Below are positions 13,715 to 25,894 of a stretch of 62,000 nt of DNA, piece by piece. Numbering within the stretch: position 1 is the first letter of the stretch; the number at the start of each line of letters is the position of its first letter. A program made the translations under genes and the position numbers. The stretch is taken from contig NW_008806281.1 of NCBI RefSeq assembly GCF_000400465.1, positions 20,001-82,000 on the forward strand, read 5' to 3'. The notes under the pieces are model-generated. The model worked only from the letters and a program-made list of their open reading frames with translations, had not been told where the DNA came from and did no database searches. The stretch is from Wallemia ichthyophaga EXF-994. Taxonomy: Eukaryota > Fungi > Basidiomycota.

Positions 13715-14285
13715 CGTCGTGATGGTAGTCGTTATTAAATGGAATTCCTAAAATAATTATTCGGAGTGGAATATTCGGACGAAGTGCGGGGTCAGGTCGC
13801 AGTCTCAGTTTCAGATTAGATTATTCATCATCAGGTACAGAGTTACAGGCTTTTTTGTGCGCGCATCTTAACTTTAATTGATTACCATTGTATATCGATC
13901 ACAGCCCATCTCCTGTAGGTTTTCATACACTCCCAAATCCAGCCTTTCAGACTCATTTCCTCTTTGAGTTTGTTTCACCTGAGACACAACCTCGGTACTC
14001 CTCGGGGAGGATTTAGCCAATATTTTTCAGCAACCGAAAATTTACCTGTGAATTATTCTTCGAAACACACACGTCTGTCATAGTGTATCGCAGTACACCG
14101 CATCACGTGCTACTCGAACAACTGCGGAAATGTCACCATGTCACCGCCCCACCGATGTCAACCATTTTTGGTAATTATTGTCTACATTGCGGTGAGGAGG
14201 CTGTGAGCAATATGGCAGTGCAGGGCATCTTTCTCTATCTTGTATCCCTCTGCTGCGAACTTCCTCCTGCTTCCGCACCATCATC

Positions 14286-15620
14286 ATGGCCAGCGACATT
14301 GAATTCGATGTTGAGTCGCTAAAGACCAGCCAAATTCCCACGAACCTGCTCGCGATGATGGCAGAGAATGCTCCGTCAGTCGTCGCAGCCAGAAATCCAA
14401 ACGTTTACGCAGGGAAAGGGAAACAAGCACGTAAATGGAAATGGGAATCATTCACGAATCCAGCGAGATCAGATGGACTACAGCTCCGTCACTGGAAGCG
14501 GCTAGATGAATTCGATGAGCCATACCCGTACGCTCGATTCAACACCACGTCCGAGCCATACAGCTACAGCGAGGATGAGTACGACAGAATGCTCCAAGAC
14601 GTAACTTGGTCGAGGGACGAGACGGACTACCTCGTCAAGCTCATACACGAATTCGACGTGAGATGGCCAGTTATCTGGGACCGCTATGAGTGGAGATCCG
14701 GTAGAACTCTCGAGGATCTCAAAGCGAGGTATTTCGACATCTGCCGCAAACTGATCCAGTCGAGAATTTCGAGCGACGAAAGCAGCACAAACCAGCTTCT
14801 CCAAGCTTATCAATTCGACAAAGGTGTGATTTGGTGTATATGTAGTCAGCTAAACCCCCACTAACACACCAAACCAGAGCGCGAAATGATGCGCAAACAA
14901 TACGTCAACTCGCTCTTCGCACGCACACCACAGCAGATCACCGAAGAGGAGGAGCTCTATATAGAAGCGAAGCGGATAGAGCAAGATGAGCGCAAGTGGC
15001 GATGCGAGCGCGACGAGCTAGTGCGCACGGTGTCTATGTCCCGCAACGAGAAGCGCAAGGCTAGTGGAGGAGCTGATATAGCCACATCCACACTCGCTCC
15101 TATGTCGACATCCAACGAAGAGCAACCACACAAACGCACAGCTAAGAGCGCTGCGTATGACGCTCAGCACTATATCACTCGCCCTTCGTCCCACCTCCCG
15201 CTCAAATCCAGCTCTAACATACCGCCCTTCAGTAGAGCTACCAAACTTGCACAGAAGATAACACCGCAGCGCATCAGAGAATGCCTTCAGAGTATGGGGT
15301 TGAGTGATAAGCTGCAGTACCCGACAGCTGCCAATGTCGCTAAATATGAAGGCGTCAAAGAGGCAACGGCGCAGTTGCAAGAAATACGCAGAGCGCATGA
15401 GAGAGTTGCAAATGAATTGCGCCTCGCTAAGGGCATCAGCGTGTCTGCAGACGAACGGGCAACTGCTTCAACACCCGTGGCCAGAGCGGCGTCAGAACAC
15501 CCTACTCCCACCTCCACGCCAAAACCCACAACACCCGCACCGGAGAACAGCATGGGTCTGAGCACAGACTCAAGTGATCCAAACGAGTCCAACGATCTCA
15601 ACAAAAGACGCAAATTGTAA
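14286..15620 (+). CDS. SWC4: SWR1/NuA4 subunit Swc4/Eaf2 (DMAP1 family, SANT domain)
   Basis: KWKWESFTNPARSDGLQLRHWKR, WSRDETDYL...RWPVIWDRY, RTLEDLKARY. One intron at ~14824-14878. Confidence 0.9.
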
Positions 15621-15937
15621 TTGTAATTTATTGTACTCCATATGCATGACTATCTAGATCTGACGATTCTGATAAGGGCGGCTTCCCACTGATAGTGAAT
15701 TGAATAGGCAGTGACGCAACGCACACAAACGCAACAGATTCGGAGAAGATGGGATACTTTCTAGCAACAAAAGAAAGTTTAACAGCCATAGATATCACCT
15801 ATCAATGCTTAAAGATACTTTCGGTGAGAAATTGTCTCTCTTATCTCAGGCACACAACAGCGTTATCAAGATAGTGAGTGATAGAAGAGCCAACTTGAAT
15901 TGGTTTGATTGCCTTAACTAAACACAACGACCACATA

Positions 15938-17700
15938 ATGCAAACGCTTTCATCGTGGCTCAGAGTTGAGCAGTCAATCACAAAGTCAAAAAGAGAGCGA
16001 TGGCTTAGCAACGCGGATCTAGAGCCTGTGAAGTTAGAAAACAGGACGTGGACAAGTATGTCTTTTGTCAACTTCTGGGTCTCAGACAGCATCAACATAA
16101 ATACTCTGATGTTGTGTCAAGCAAACGTTGCGCTTGGACAGACTTGGTGGCAGAGTCTAATTGCAGTTTTCATCGGATATGCCATTACGGCAGTTTTCGT
16201 CATTGCTAGCTCCCGGCCTGGTGCTACTTTTCACTTAACTTTTCCTGTCCTCATTAGACAGTCTTGGGGTATCTTTGGAAGCGTATGGCCCATAATTAAC
16301 AGGGTCGTAATCGCCATTTTGTGGTTCGCAGTCCAGACATACATCGGCGGTAATTGCATACGCGTGATGCTCAGATGCTGGGATCCAAATTGGACGACCT
16401 CTGCGGGGCTCCAAAAGCAGCTAGACACAAATCTCAAGGGTTTTGATATGGTCTGCTTTATCATCTTCTGGTCGCTAATGCTCATACCGACTTACTTCCC
16501 GATTCAAAAAATCAAGCACTTTTTCACGTTCAAGGCTATTGTCGCGCCGCTTGGACTGATTATTTTCTTCGGATGGTCTCTCGGTAGAGCCACTGCAACT
16601 CCATCCCAGGAAGCCACACTTAAAAGTGTCCTCACCAGCCCATCGACGCTCACCTCCTCTGAACAAGGCTGGGAAATGGTCAAAGCGATAGTCAGAGCCA
16701 TCTCCAATGCCGTCACTCTCATCCTCAATATTTCAGACTTGGCTAGTCGAGCTCACGACAAAAAGAATGTAGTCTTTCCGCAGCTCCTCACAGTCCCCCT
16801 CGGATTTTTCATTACGAGTTTCTTCGGAGTAATCATAGCTTCGTGCTATCAAGCCGAGACGGGGATCAAAGAGTGGGATCCTATGGTAATTCTTGACAAC
16901 TTCATCAATCCAGACAGCGCTGCTGTGCGATTCGCGGTGTGGTTTATAGCTTTCTGTCTATGTGTTGCGCAGATGGGCACCAACCAAGCGGCTAATGTTA
17001 TAGCATGCGGATGCGACCTTACCGCATGTCTGCCTTCATACATTAACAACAGAAAAGGCGGCTATATCTGCGTGTTCCTCGGTCTATGTCTCGTGCCTTG
17101 GAGGCTTACAGACGGCGCAACGAGCTTCACCAACTACTTGTCAGGATACTGCGTTTTCCTCTCTGCCATTGCTGGGACTATGCTTTCCGATTACTTTGTC
17201 GTCAGACGCGGACGTGCCAACGTTGCAGACCTGTACAGGGTGGGTTTGACATGTGCTGTCCGGATAATGCTGACTGGAAACAGGCTGAGGGATGGTACAG
17301 CTACACATACGGTGTTAACCTTCGCGCTGTAGCAGCTTACCTCTGCGGTGTCTCGATAAATTTACCAGGCTTTATTGCGTCCACTCCAGGTAACGAAGAA
17401 ATTGTAGGTCGAAGCGCAACACGCATCTATAACCTGTCCTTCTTCACTGGATTTCTAGTCAGCTCGGTGATATACATAGCCATCAGCTACATCTTCCCAC
17501 CTACAGGAGCAGTACCGTTCAATGCACCATTTGAAGAGATTGACTTCAGTGGGTATACGCACGACACTGATTCTATATACGACTTGGAAGTAAATGGTCT
17601 AGGTGGTATGGCGGATGGTGGTATTGCTATTACTACAACCAAGACAGATTCTTCGTCCATCCGTTCCACTCGATCAACCAGGTCAATCGAAAAAGCATAA
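15938..17700 (+). CDS. NCS1-family nucleobase permease (Fur4/Dal4/Fui1-like uracil/allantoin/uridine transporter)
   Basis: RTWTSMSFVNFWVSD, FPVLIRQSWGIFG, QMGTNQAAN, LVPWRL, SDYFVVRRG, GVNLRAVAAY. Intron at ~17239-17283. Confidence 0.93.
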
Positions 17701-17802
17701 TGGAGCATTATCTTGTCAAATCATCGGACTTTCTCTTCTCAAAGGGTATTATTGTAATCCTACTCTTATATACTTGTAAAACACATTCATCAGTGTAAAT
17801 TT

Positions 17803-19842
17803 CTAAACCAGAGGTCCAACTTGCACGGAATGCCTGCGTTTCTTTTCTGAAATCTTGACCTCTTTCAAAGCCTGCTTCTGTTGTTTTTCAGCACGCTTCT
17901 TGTACCCATTCATCAACTTCGTTATCATATCCGCTGCTTCACCCTTCAGCAAGTCTGTATTGAAACCGCCTTTCAAGCGCTTCGTGAGAGCATCCAGCTG
18001 CGACTTAGTTGCCGGTGCCCTTCTCCACGGTGCGTCTCGACGTATAAGCGCTGCTTTCCCGCGCATCAGCTTCTCAGTCGCTAGCTTATCGCTCGCTCTA
18101 ATAGCCAGCTTGAAGTCGACGTCGTGCACCAGTGTGATTGGTCTTCTGAACGGCGCCAAACCTACTCTTTTGGCATCTTGGAGTGGTACATTTGTTGGCT
18201 TGTGCGACGCCGTGTACTTTCCCTCGCCTGTGTGCTCGATGCGCAAATCTCCCGCCTGCTGACAACTGAGGACATAAAAACCACCCCGGCAATCCACCCA
18301 GGCGTTTTGGGACTGATTGTACACATTATCCGAGTGCTTGTTTTTGAGCGACTCAAAAAGCGCACGCGGATCGTCGAAGTCGGTGAAAGTGATATAGTCC
18401 GCATGTGGTACTATGTTCTGCTCGTTCTCCTCCTTGAAGAGAGGATGTTCGGAGAGATCGTCTGCATTTCATGAGCTATGTTTGTGCACTAAATATCTCT
18501 ACTCACTTTTCACATCACCTTCGACTGCCTTAGAATCGACACGGTCAAACTCAGTCATATCCAGACCTTCAAGTGAAGGCGCAGCGCTTATATCACCGAC
18601 TTTGTCCAAAGATGCGGCCACATCGAGTATTTTACACTCTGTTTTACCTTGCGCGACTCTCATACCCCTACCTATCATCTGACTAAACAAATTTCTTGAG
18701 CGTGTCGGTCTACACAACAAAATGCAGTCAATGTTGGGTATATCTGCACCCTCAGTGAGAACAGCGCAATTGAGGAGAACTGGATATCTGTATTCTTTGA
18801 AGTCCCTCAAGATTTTCACCCGTTCTTTGGGAGGTGTACCGGAGTGTATGAAGCGAGCGTCTATTCCAGCGTCGCGAAAATCAGCAGTAAGGTTGTGGAC
18901 GTGTTTGAGATCAGCACAAAAAATCAACGTCGATCGACGGTCAGAGCACTTGTCGAGGTATGCAGCGAGCACTACTCTCCTCACAGAGGGAGTATTGAGT
19001 ATCGGTGATAGTGAAGTGACAGTGTAATCGTTTGTTCGCTCCGATATTTTGACTTGAGAGAGATCAATGTCTGTTTTGACGGTAGTGAAGGTGACATTCG
19101 ACAGCCAGCGCTCTTTAATCATATCTAGGAAGTCCTTGTGTATTTTTCAGCGTTATATACTCCAAAAGAAAAAAAAGACACTGACCTTATGAAACACAAT
19201 CTCTTCAAATACCTTGCCAAGTGCAAGACTGTCATGTCTAGAGAATGTAGCGGAAAATCCAACAATTGGAACCTTAGATCCAGTAACCGAATCCTGCTCA
19301 CCGTGTATACTTGGATCGAAATGTGCGAGTATATCAACATACGAGCGTGCAGCTGCGTGGTGAGCCTCGTCAACGAGTAGCAACTTGAAATCCGCTGGGT
19401 CATACTTGGACATTCTCCCTGGTCTGATGAGCGTCTGGAATGTAGCAATGGTGACGTCAGCATCGCCCGTCGCAACGCTGGCACTTTGGTCCATTTCGAC
19501 GCTTGCAGAAGGCCAGCCTGAAACGAACGCGTCGTAGGCCTGACTGGCCAATTCGATGCCGTTGACGATGACGAGCACCTTGCCGGGCTTACTCTCACTC
19601 AGTCTTCTCGCCAGCTCGACAAACATTCTAGTCTTGCCTGATCCAGTGGGAGAGGATACGCCTAGCCTGCTTTTGGGATGCTTTGGCCTGTTTAGCGCGT
19701 CCATTACAGATGCAATGGCTGCTTCTTGATACGGGCGCAGTGTGAATTTCTCAGGAATTACGCTAGCGCTGAGTGAGCGTGTGTGTATTTTACAGGGCAA
19801 AGACAATTTCAATGCCATTCTAAGTGCTTGCGGGTATCGCAT
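17803..19842 (-). CDS. IRC3: Mitochondrial SF2 DEAH helicase, Irc3-like (spliced)
   Basis: LRPYQ, SPTGSGKT, LVDEAHH, GFSATFSRHD, LTEGADIP, QMIGRGMR. The exact start codon is uncertain. Confidence 0.83.
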
Positions 19843-19948
19843 CTCAAATGGTATGTTGGGTGTGTTGAAATAAGCAGTCTCAAGCATTAGAAAGCACTTC
19901 AAAGCATATAAAGAAGATTCTATCTATTTGACATTCAAGTACACTGCT

Positions 19949-22900
19949 TTACTCGCTTGCACTGCCGTCGCTATCCTCAACATCCTCAACATCCAGCGTT
20001 CTCCTCTCAACATCAAAACCCTCCTTTCTCAAGCTCTCCTCCATTCCTTCCACCTTGGATGGCCCAGAAACGATCACAGCGCTGCTAGTGTCGGCGTTGA
20101 ACAGAGGAGCGATGTACCTTCTCAGCACATCCATCACGTCCTCCTTCTTTACTTCCCTGAATTTAGCCAGAAGCTGCTTATTATAATCCTGCGGTACCTG
20201 CTTGAAGATCTGGTTCACGAAGCTGGACAGAGCAGCAGAGCCGATAGTTGCTTCACGCGAAGTCATCGAGAAGCACAGTGAACTTATCGACGACTCAAGC
20301 GTTGTGTCCTCGAGTGTGATACTGCCGTCAACTAACCCCTTAACTACTTTTCCACCCTCTTCATACGCCCTGAACGCATTTGGTGCTTTGTACACAGTGA
20401 ACATCATCAATCCAGATTCTGGGTTTTGCGTTATGGATGCACCATACGCCAACCCTGTTCCTCTAATATAGCGCCAGAGGTATGACTCGAGTGCATTGAG
20501 CGTACCCAATGTGACCATTAATGCTGGAATGTCTGGATGATCATATCCTTCAACACCTTTGGCGGTGTGCACAGAGAATGACGATTCAATCGATGGTAGT
20601 GGGACAACGACTGCCTTCTTTGATGGGTTTTGACCAAGTGGCAACTTAAAGTCCTTCACCCAAGGCACGGATGCGAGTGGCTTGTTGTTCTCCTCTGGGA
20701 AGTACTTGGCCCATGGCTCCTGTGGACGCTCAAGACCCATTACATTTCCAGCAACACTGACGCGTATTCCGTTTGGCTGAACAACACACCTTCTAAATTC
20801 TTCAAGATCGCTAATGACACCCTTTGGATCATCTTCAAGTCTCTTTATGACAGTTGGGTTGAACTCTGACTGCTCGAGAACAGCATTGGCTTGTTGAAGA
20901 CTGTCAAACATGAGTGACGTCGACATTGCCCACACGACAGTATCACCTTCTCTCTTCTGCTCTGGCAGGCCTTGTTGGATCTTAGCAGCAGTTACCTTCA
21001 GTCTCTCGACATCGAATACGCTACCTGTAAGCAAGTCGCTCAACCACTCAATGGAAGCTTCGTAATATTGCTTTTCAACCTTGACAGACACTTGTAATAG
21101 CTCTGCAAATGTCCCTCTCGAACCAAAGTTAATGTCGTGTTCAAGAGTTGTCTCGTCAAGTGAGCGAACAACAGCCTCGTGCGAGAGCATTGTACCGTCG
21201 CGACGCTTGACTGGTAATGAGAAGAAGGTAGAGAGGAATAGCGACGCGTATGGTCTCAGATGCTTTGGAAGTTCGTTGGTTGAGAGGTAAATGCGAATTG
21301 ATGTAAATGATGATTTTCCATGGTCGTATTGGACAAAAATTGGTGGCTTGCTTGGATCAGACTCAATATGCTTACGGAGCTCATTGTTAGTAGGTGAGGT
21401 GATTGATGCCTTTTTGTACTCTTGACGAGCACTCTCTATTGGGATCCAGGAGATTGAGTCTGTCGATGGTACTTCGAATGACTTGATCATGTCTATAGCA
21501 TCTGTTAGCTAAATAATTGGAATTTAAAACCTCTTCACAAACCATCTGGAATTTCTTTATTGTTTTCCACTTGAGCATCATCAAATACCTTCTTGGCCTT
21601 CTTGATACCCTCTTCACCCAAAGACCTGCGCTGTTCATCCAAACGCTTCTGCTCATTCTCTTCAAGTGTCTTTGCGAGCGTGGCTGATGGCTTTCCTTTG
21701 ACATTGATGAATGGTGCATCGATAAAGCTCCTGCGAGTATGTTAAATTAAAAACTTCCTCGTTAGCACTTCAATACCCACTTCTTTAAAAGCTGTGCCCA
21801 ATCGTCAGACGTCCATTGACTTAAAATGTCACATCTCTTCATCTCAGCCAGCGAGTCTTGAAGATCCTTGCCTTCAGCGTCACCGTAGAGATGATCGGCG
21901 ATGAACATATAGGCGAATGCACTTGCAGCTTGTCTCTCAGCCATGTCAAGCAATTTGACGCGGTCTCTCTTGAGAACGAGAGCCATCCTGTCCATATCGA
22001 AACCTTCCTTTACAATGTTGTTAAGAATTTCCATAAGCTTGCCTTCAACGTTGTCAATTTCAGTAGTCGGTACAGAGGCCAAGTTGAAATGTATAGTGTC
22101 GTTGCAAACACGCTCGCGGTTGTATATGTTGATATCTGTGCAGTAAGGGGAAGCAATCTCAACAAGGTGCTTTTGCAATGGTGAAATAGCAGAGTCAGTT
22201 AAATAAGTGCCGAGAATATCGAGTGCCTTAGTGTGCAAGAAGTCGTTAGTCTTCCCACCGACCCACGACAACTCAACTTCACCAACACTTTCATCCTGCT
22301 CTGGGAATTCAGCGACTGCTCTTTCAGTCTTTTGCAACTTGAGGGGTTCTGCTGAAGGAGTTTCGACGAATGGTCTCTTCCAGCCACGTGGCTTGACACC
22401 AATCTCAATACCTCTCTCCTTAGCATCAGAGATGATACGTGGTTCAATTACATTTTGCATAACATCCAAAAGCTTATCGGTTGGAATATCCCCGGTAACC
22501 ACGAGTGAGAGATTATGAGGAGCGTAGTATTTTTTGTGGAAATCGCGCACTTTGTCTGCAGTAAGCACACGAAGAGCCTCCATTCTACCGCCAGTTTCAG
22601 AGCGATAAGCGCTGTTCTTTGGGTAGATGAGACCACGCTGCTTGTCCTCCATCAAATCGAATGGGGAGGTTGATCTACCCTGCATTTCAGAATAGACGAC
22701 GCCAGCATCGTCACCAGACTCGTTTATGTGGTGAATTTCGGTCGTGTAGCCGGCATCAGTGATAGTTGGTCTGAGCAAGTGGTCCATGTAGACGGGGAGC
22801 ATCCTCAAGAAGCCCTCGTATCCAGCGGTTTGGAGAGTGTAAACGGTTTGATCCGTATCAGTCCATGCATTTGTACCTGCTGCAAATGCTCTATTGGCGA

Positions 22901-23216
22901 GAGTGTCGAGAACGCCCTTATACGGGTAGAGTTTAGATCCAAGGAAGACGAGGTGCTCTAAGGTATGTGGACAGCCGCTGTCGTCGAATATTTCAGTGGG
23001 GACGACAAAGTTGGCCTCGCACATTGGGCTCTCGTGCTTGACTTGAGCTACGCTAAGCCCAGTGACTCTGCTCCTCCAGCGCTCAAGATGTACTGGTGCG
23101 TAATCGACACGCTGGCTAAATACTTTATCGTAATTTCCATAAGATTGTGACATTGTAGATGCTGTCCTTGTATTCGTAATTAAGCTTCTAAGTGGATTCC
23201 CTAATCGACGAAGCAT
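19949..23216 (-). CDS. M16 (insulinase) family metallopeptidase, YOL098C/presequence-protease-like (spliced)
   Basis: Inverted zinc motif PHTLEH, TNAWTDTDQTVY, GVVYSEM, and C-terminal YIRGTGLAYG. Introns lie in the ~21490-21770 interval. Confidence 0.88.
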
Positions 23217-23366
23217 AAACGTCGTCGTCGTTACGGAGCAAGAGGCGATTTGGCAGTGTATACAGGAAGTTTACGTTACATATACGCGAAATGGATTTAG
23301 CCAGCTAAATATCTTGTTGTATTCTGTGGCGTGGCGTAGCGTGACGATAAGATTCTAACCACTCAG

Positions 23367-23979
23367 CTACCTCAGATTAGCAGCTTCCGTGCGAGCTTTA
23401 GCTATAAGCCAGATAGCATCTAGATCGCGCTGCAGTTCCGTATTCCAGCGTTCGGTTCCAAATTCCTGCGTGCCGTTTGTGAGAGTCAGCAAGTGCTCGA
23501 TTTCTGGGACAATCTCAGCGCGAGTGCGGCCATTTACGAAAGTGATGAATCTAAGCTTGGGGAACTTGTTCTCGTATGCGTTGTTGAGTGTGTTCAGTCT
23601 GGAAATCGGGAGATAGCCACTTCAGTCGCGAAAATGGATAAACACACTAAACACACCTTTGTAGAACATTCTCAGGCGTCTTCTGAGCCGCTTGCTCTGC
23701 AGCGCTTAGCGAACTCAGCCCGGAGACTTGTCCGATGCGGGGATGTGAATTGACGAATAGCGCCTTTTCAGCGGAATTCCATGTGTTTACGATATTACTG
23801 GCCGCATCTAAGCATTCTAAGTAGCTGCTGCTGCCTGATTTTATATACTCGCTGAGCTGCGGTACCAGCATCGATCTAAGCGGTGGAGATGGCTCAAGCA
23901 CCACTGACAAGAATACAAGAATATGCTCCTGCCTGCTACGCTCAGTCATATTCACTAACTCACTAAAATCAATCATCAT
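23367..23979 (-). CDS. OHCU decarboxylase-like protein
   Basis: SHPRIG and LSAAEQ motifs. After an intron it continues LNNAYENKFPKLRFITFVNGRTRAEI and ends AKARTEAANLR*. Confidence 0.75.
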
Positions 23980-24130
23980 CGTCGATAAGATGCTATGTCC
24001 GGGAATTGAGATAAGCAGGGCTATACGAGCTGTTATCGGCCATGAATCAAGTCCACCGCAGCGGCAATCATTTCAACGGCCAAATCAATCTCTCTTTCTC
24101 TACCACCACCGCCACCACCGCCACCACCAC

Positions 24131-25794
24131 ATGCTTCGCAGCTTACAGCATATCAGACGCTCGAGCAGGCTGGGCTTGCAACTGCGCTCATACGCCAGCA
24201 CTCCAGATCGCAGCACGCACTTTGCTAAGCTCACTCAAGACGATATCCCTTCACTCGCGTCCATCTTCTCTTCACCACACACTTCACTCCTCACAACGCT
24301 CGGCGATAACCCAACAGCGACAAAGGATGATCTCGAGCCATTTAACGTTGATTGGATGGGCAAATACAGAGGCCACTCGTCCATTATCGCGAAGCCAAAG
24401 ACGACGGAGGAAGTGAGCAAGCTTTTGCAGTGGTGCAATCAGCACAACGTTGCTGTAGTTCCACAAGGCGGAAATACTGGCTTGGTTGGTGCGTAAATGA
24501 AATTTCAATCCACACTCGCTCACTTCCCACCAGGTGGTTCAGTCCCTCTGCATGACGAGGTCGTCTTATCACTCTCCTCAATGAACAGCGTCAGGCACTT
24601 TGACTCTCTCTCCGGCTATGTCTCGGTCGATTCTGGCATCGTCCTCGAGAACTTGGATAACTTCCTCGCACAAAAAGGTCACGTCGTTCCACTCGATTTG
24701 GGTGCAAAAGGCTCTTGCCAAATTGGTGGAAACGTTGCCACAAATGCTGGTGGTCTGCGCATGTTGAGATACGGCAGCTTGCACGGAAACGTCCTCGGTC
24801 TCGAGGTTGTTCTCCCAGACGGCAGAATCATTAACGGTATGAAGGGCCTCAAGAAGGATAACACAGGTATTGACCTCAAGCAGCTCTTTATCGGCTCTGA
24901 AGGTGTCCTCGGTGTCGTCACCGGTGTCACTCTTGCCACTCCTGTCAGACCTTCTGCCACAAACGTCGCTGTCTTTGCTTTGCCCGATTACGAATCCGTC
25001 CAGACCGCTTTCTCCTCCGCTAGACGCGATCTTGGTGAGATCCTCTCCGCCTTCGAATTCTTCGATGCTGCCTCGTACAAACTCGTTCGCACCCACGGCC
25101 ATGCTGCCGAACGTAAGACTTTCGAAGACGGTGAAGATGCTCCATTTTTCTGCTTGGTGGAGACCTCTGGCTCAAACAAAGATCACGACGACGAGGTTAG
25201 TCTTGCAAATGATTTTTTCTACTCTAACCAATACACTTTAAGAAACTCGGAGCTTTCTTAGAACAACTTATGGAGTCTGGTATAGTCAATGACGGTGTGC
25301 TCGCACAAGACGAAACTCAGATCGCTCAATTGTGGACCTTGCGTGAAGGTATCCCTGAAGCTGCTGGAAAGGCTGGTCGTGTATATAAATACGACTTGAG
25401 TTTACCAGTCGAGAAAATGTACTCTCTAGTTCCTGAACTTCGCCAGAAACTCGCTGAGCAGGGTCTCCTTGCAGCTGAATCAGAAGGCGGTAATGGAAAT
25501 GGTCCAGTCAAGACAGTCTTTGGTTTCGGTCACTTAGGTGATGGAAATCTCCACATCAACATCGTTGCAGATGCGTACAGATCGGAAGTTGAAAAAGTCG
25601 TCGAGCCTTACATCTACGAATTGGTCGCTAATTACAACGGGTCAATCTCGGCTGAGCACGGCCTTGGATTGATGAAAGCACCTTATGTCTCATACAGTCA
25701 AGACGCTCCCTCACTCGATCTGATGCGCACACTCAAGAAGACACTCGATCCAAAAGGTATCCTCAACCCATACAAGTGTGTCACAGTCGAGTGA
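24131..25794 (+). CDS. DLD2: Mitochondrial FAD-linked D-2-hydroxyglutarate/D-lactate dehydrogenase
   Basis: PQGGNTGLVGGSVP, LGAKGSCQIGGNVATNAGG, GSEGVLGVVT, GHLGDGNLH, GSISAEHGLG. Arg-rich presequence and two introns. Confidence 0.93.
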
Positions 25795-25894
25795 ACTATA
25801 TATATAGATTTTATTTTTGTATGTGATTTGATTTTGTTTGTTTAGAAAATAATACAATGCTCGAAATGAGCAAAAAAAAACTAATAAAATCTAA

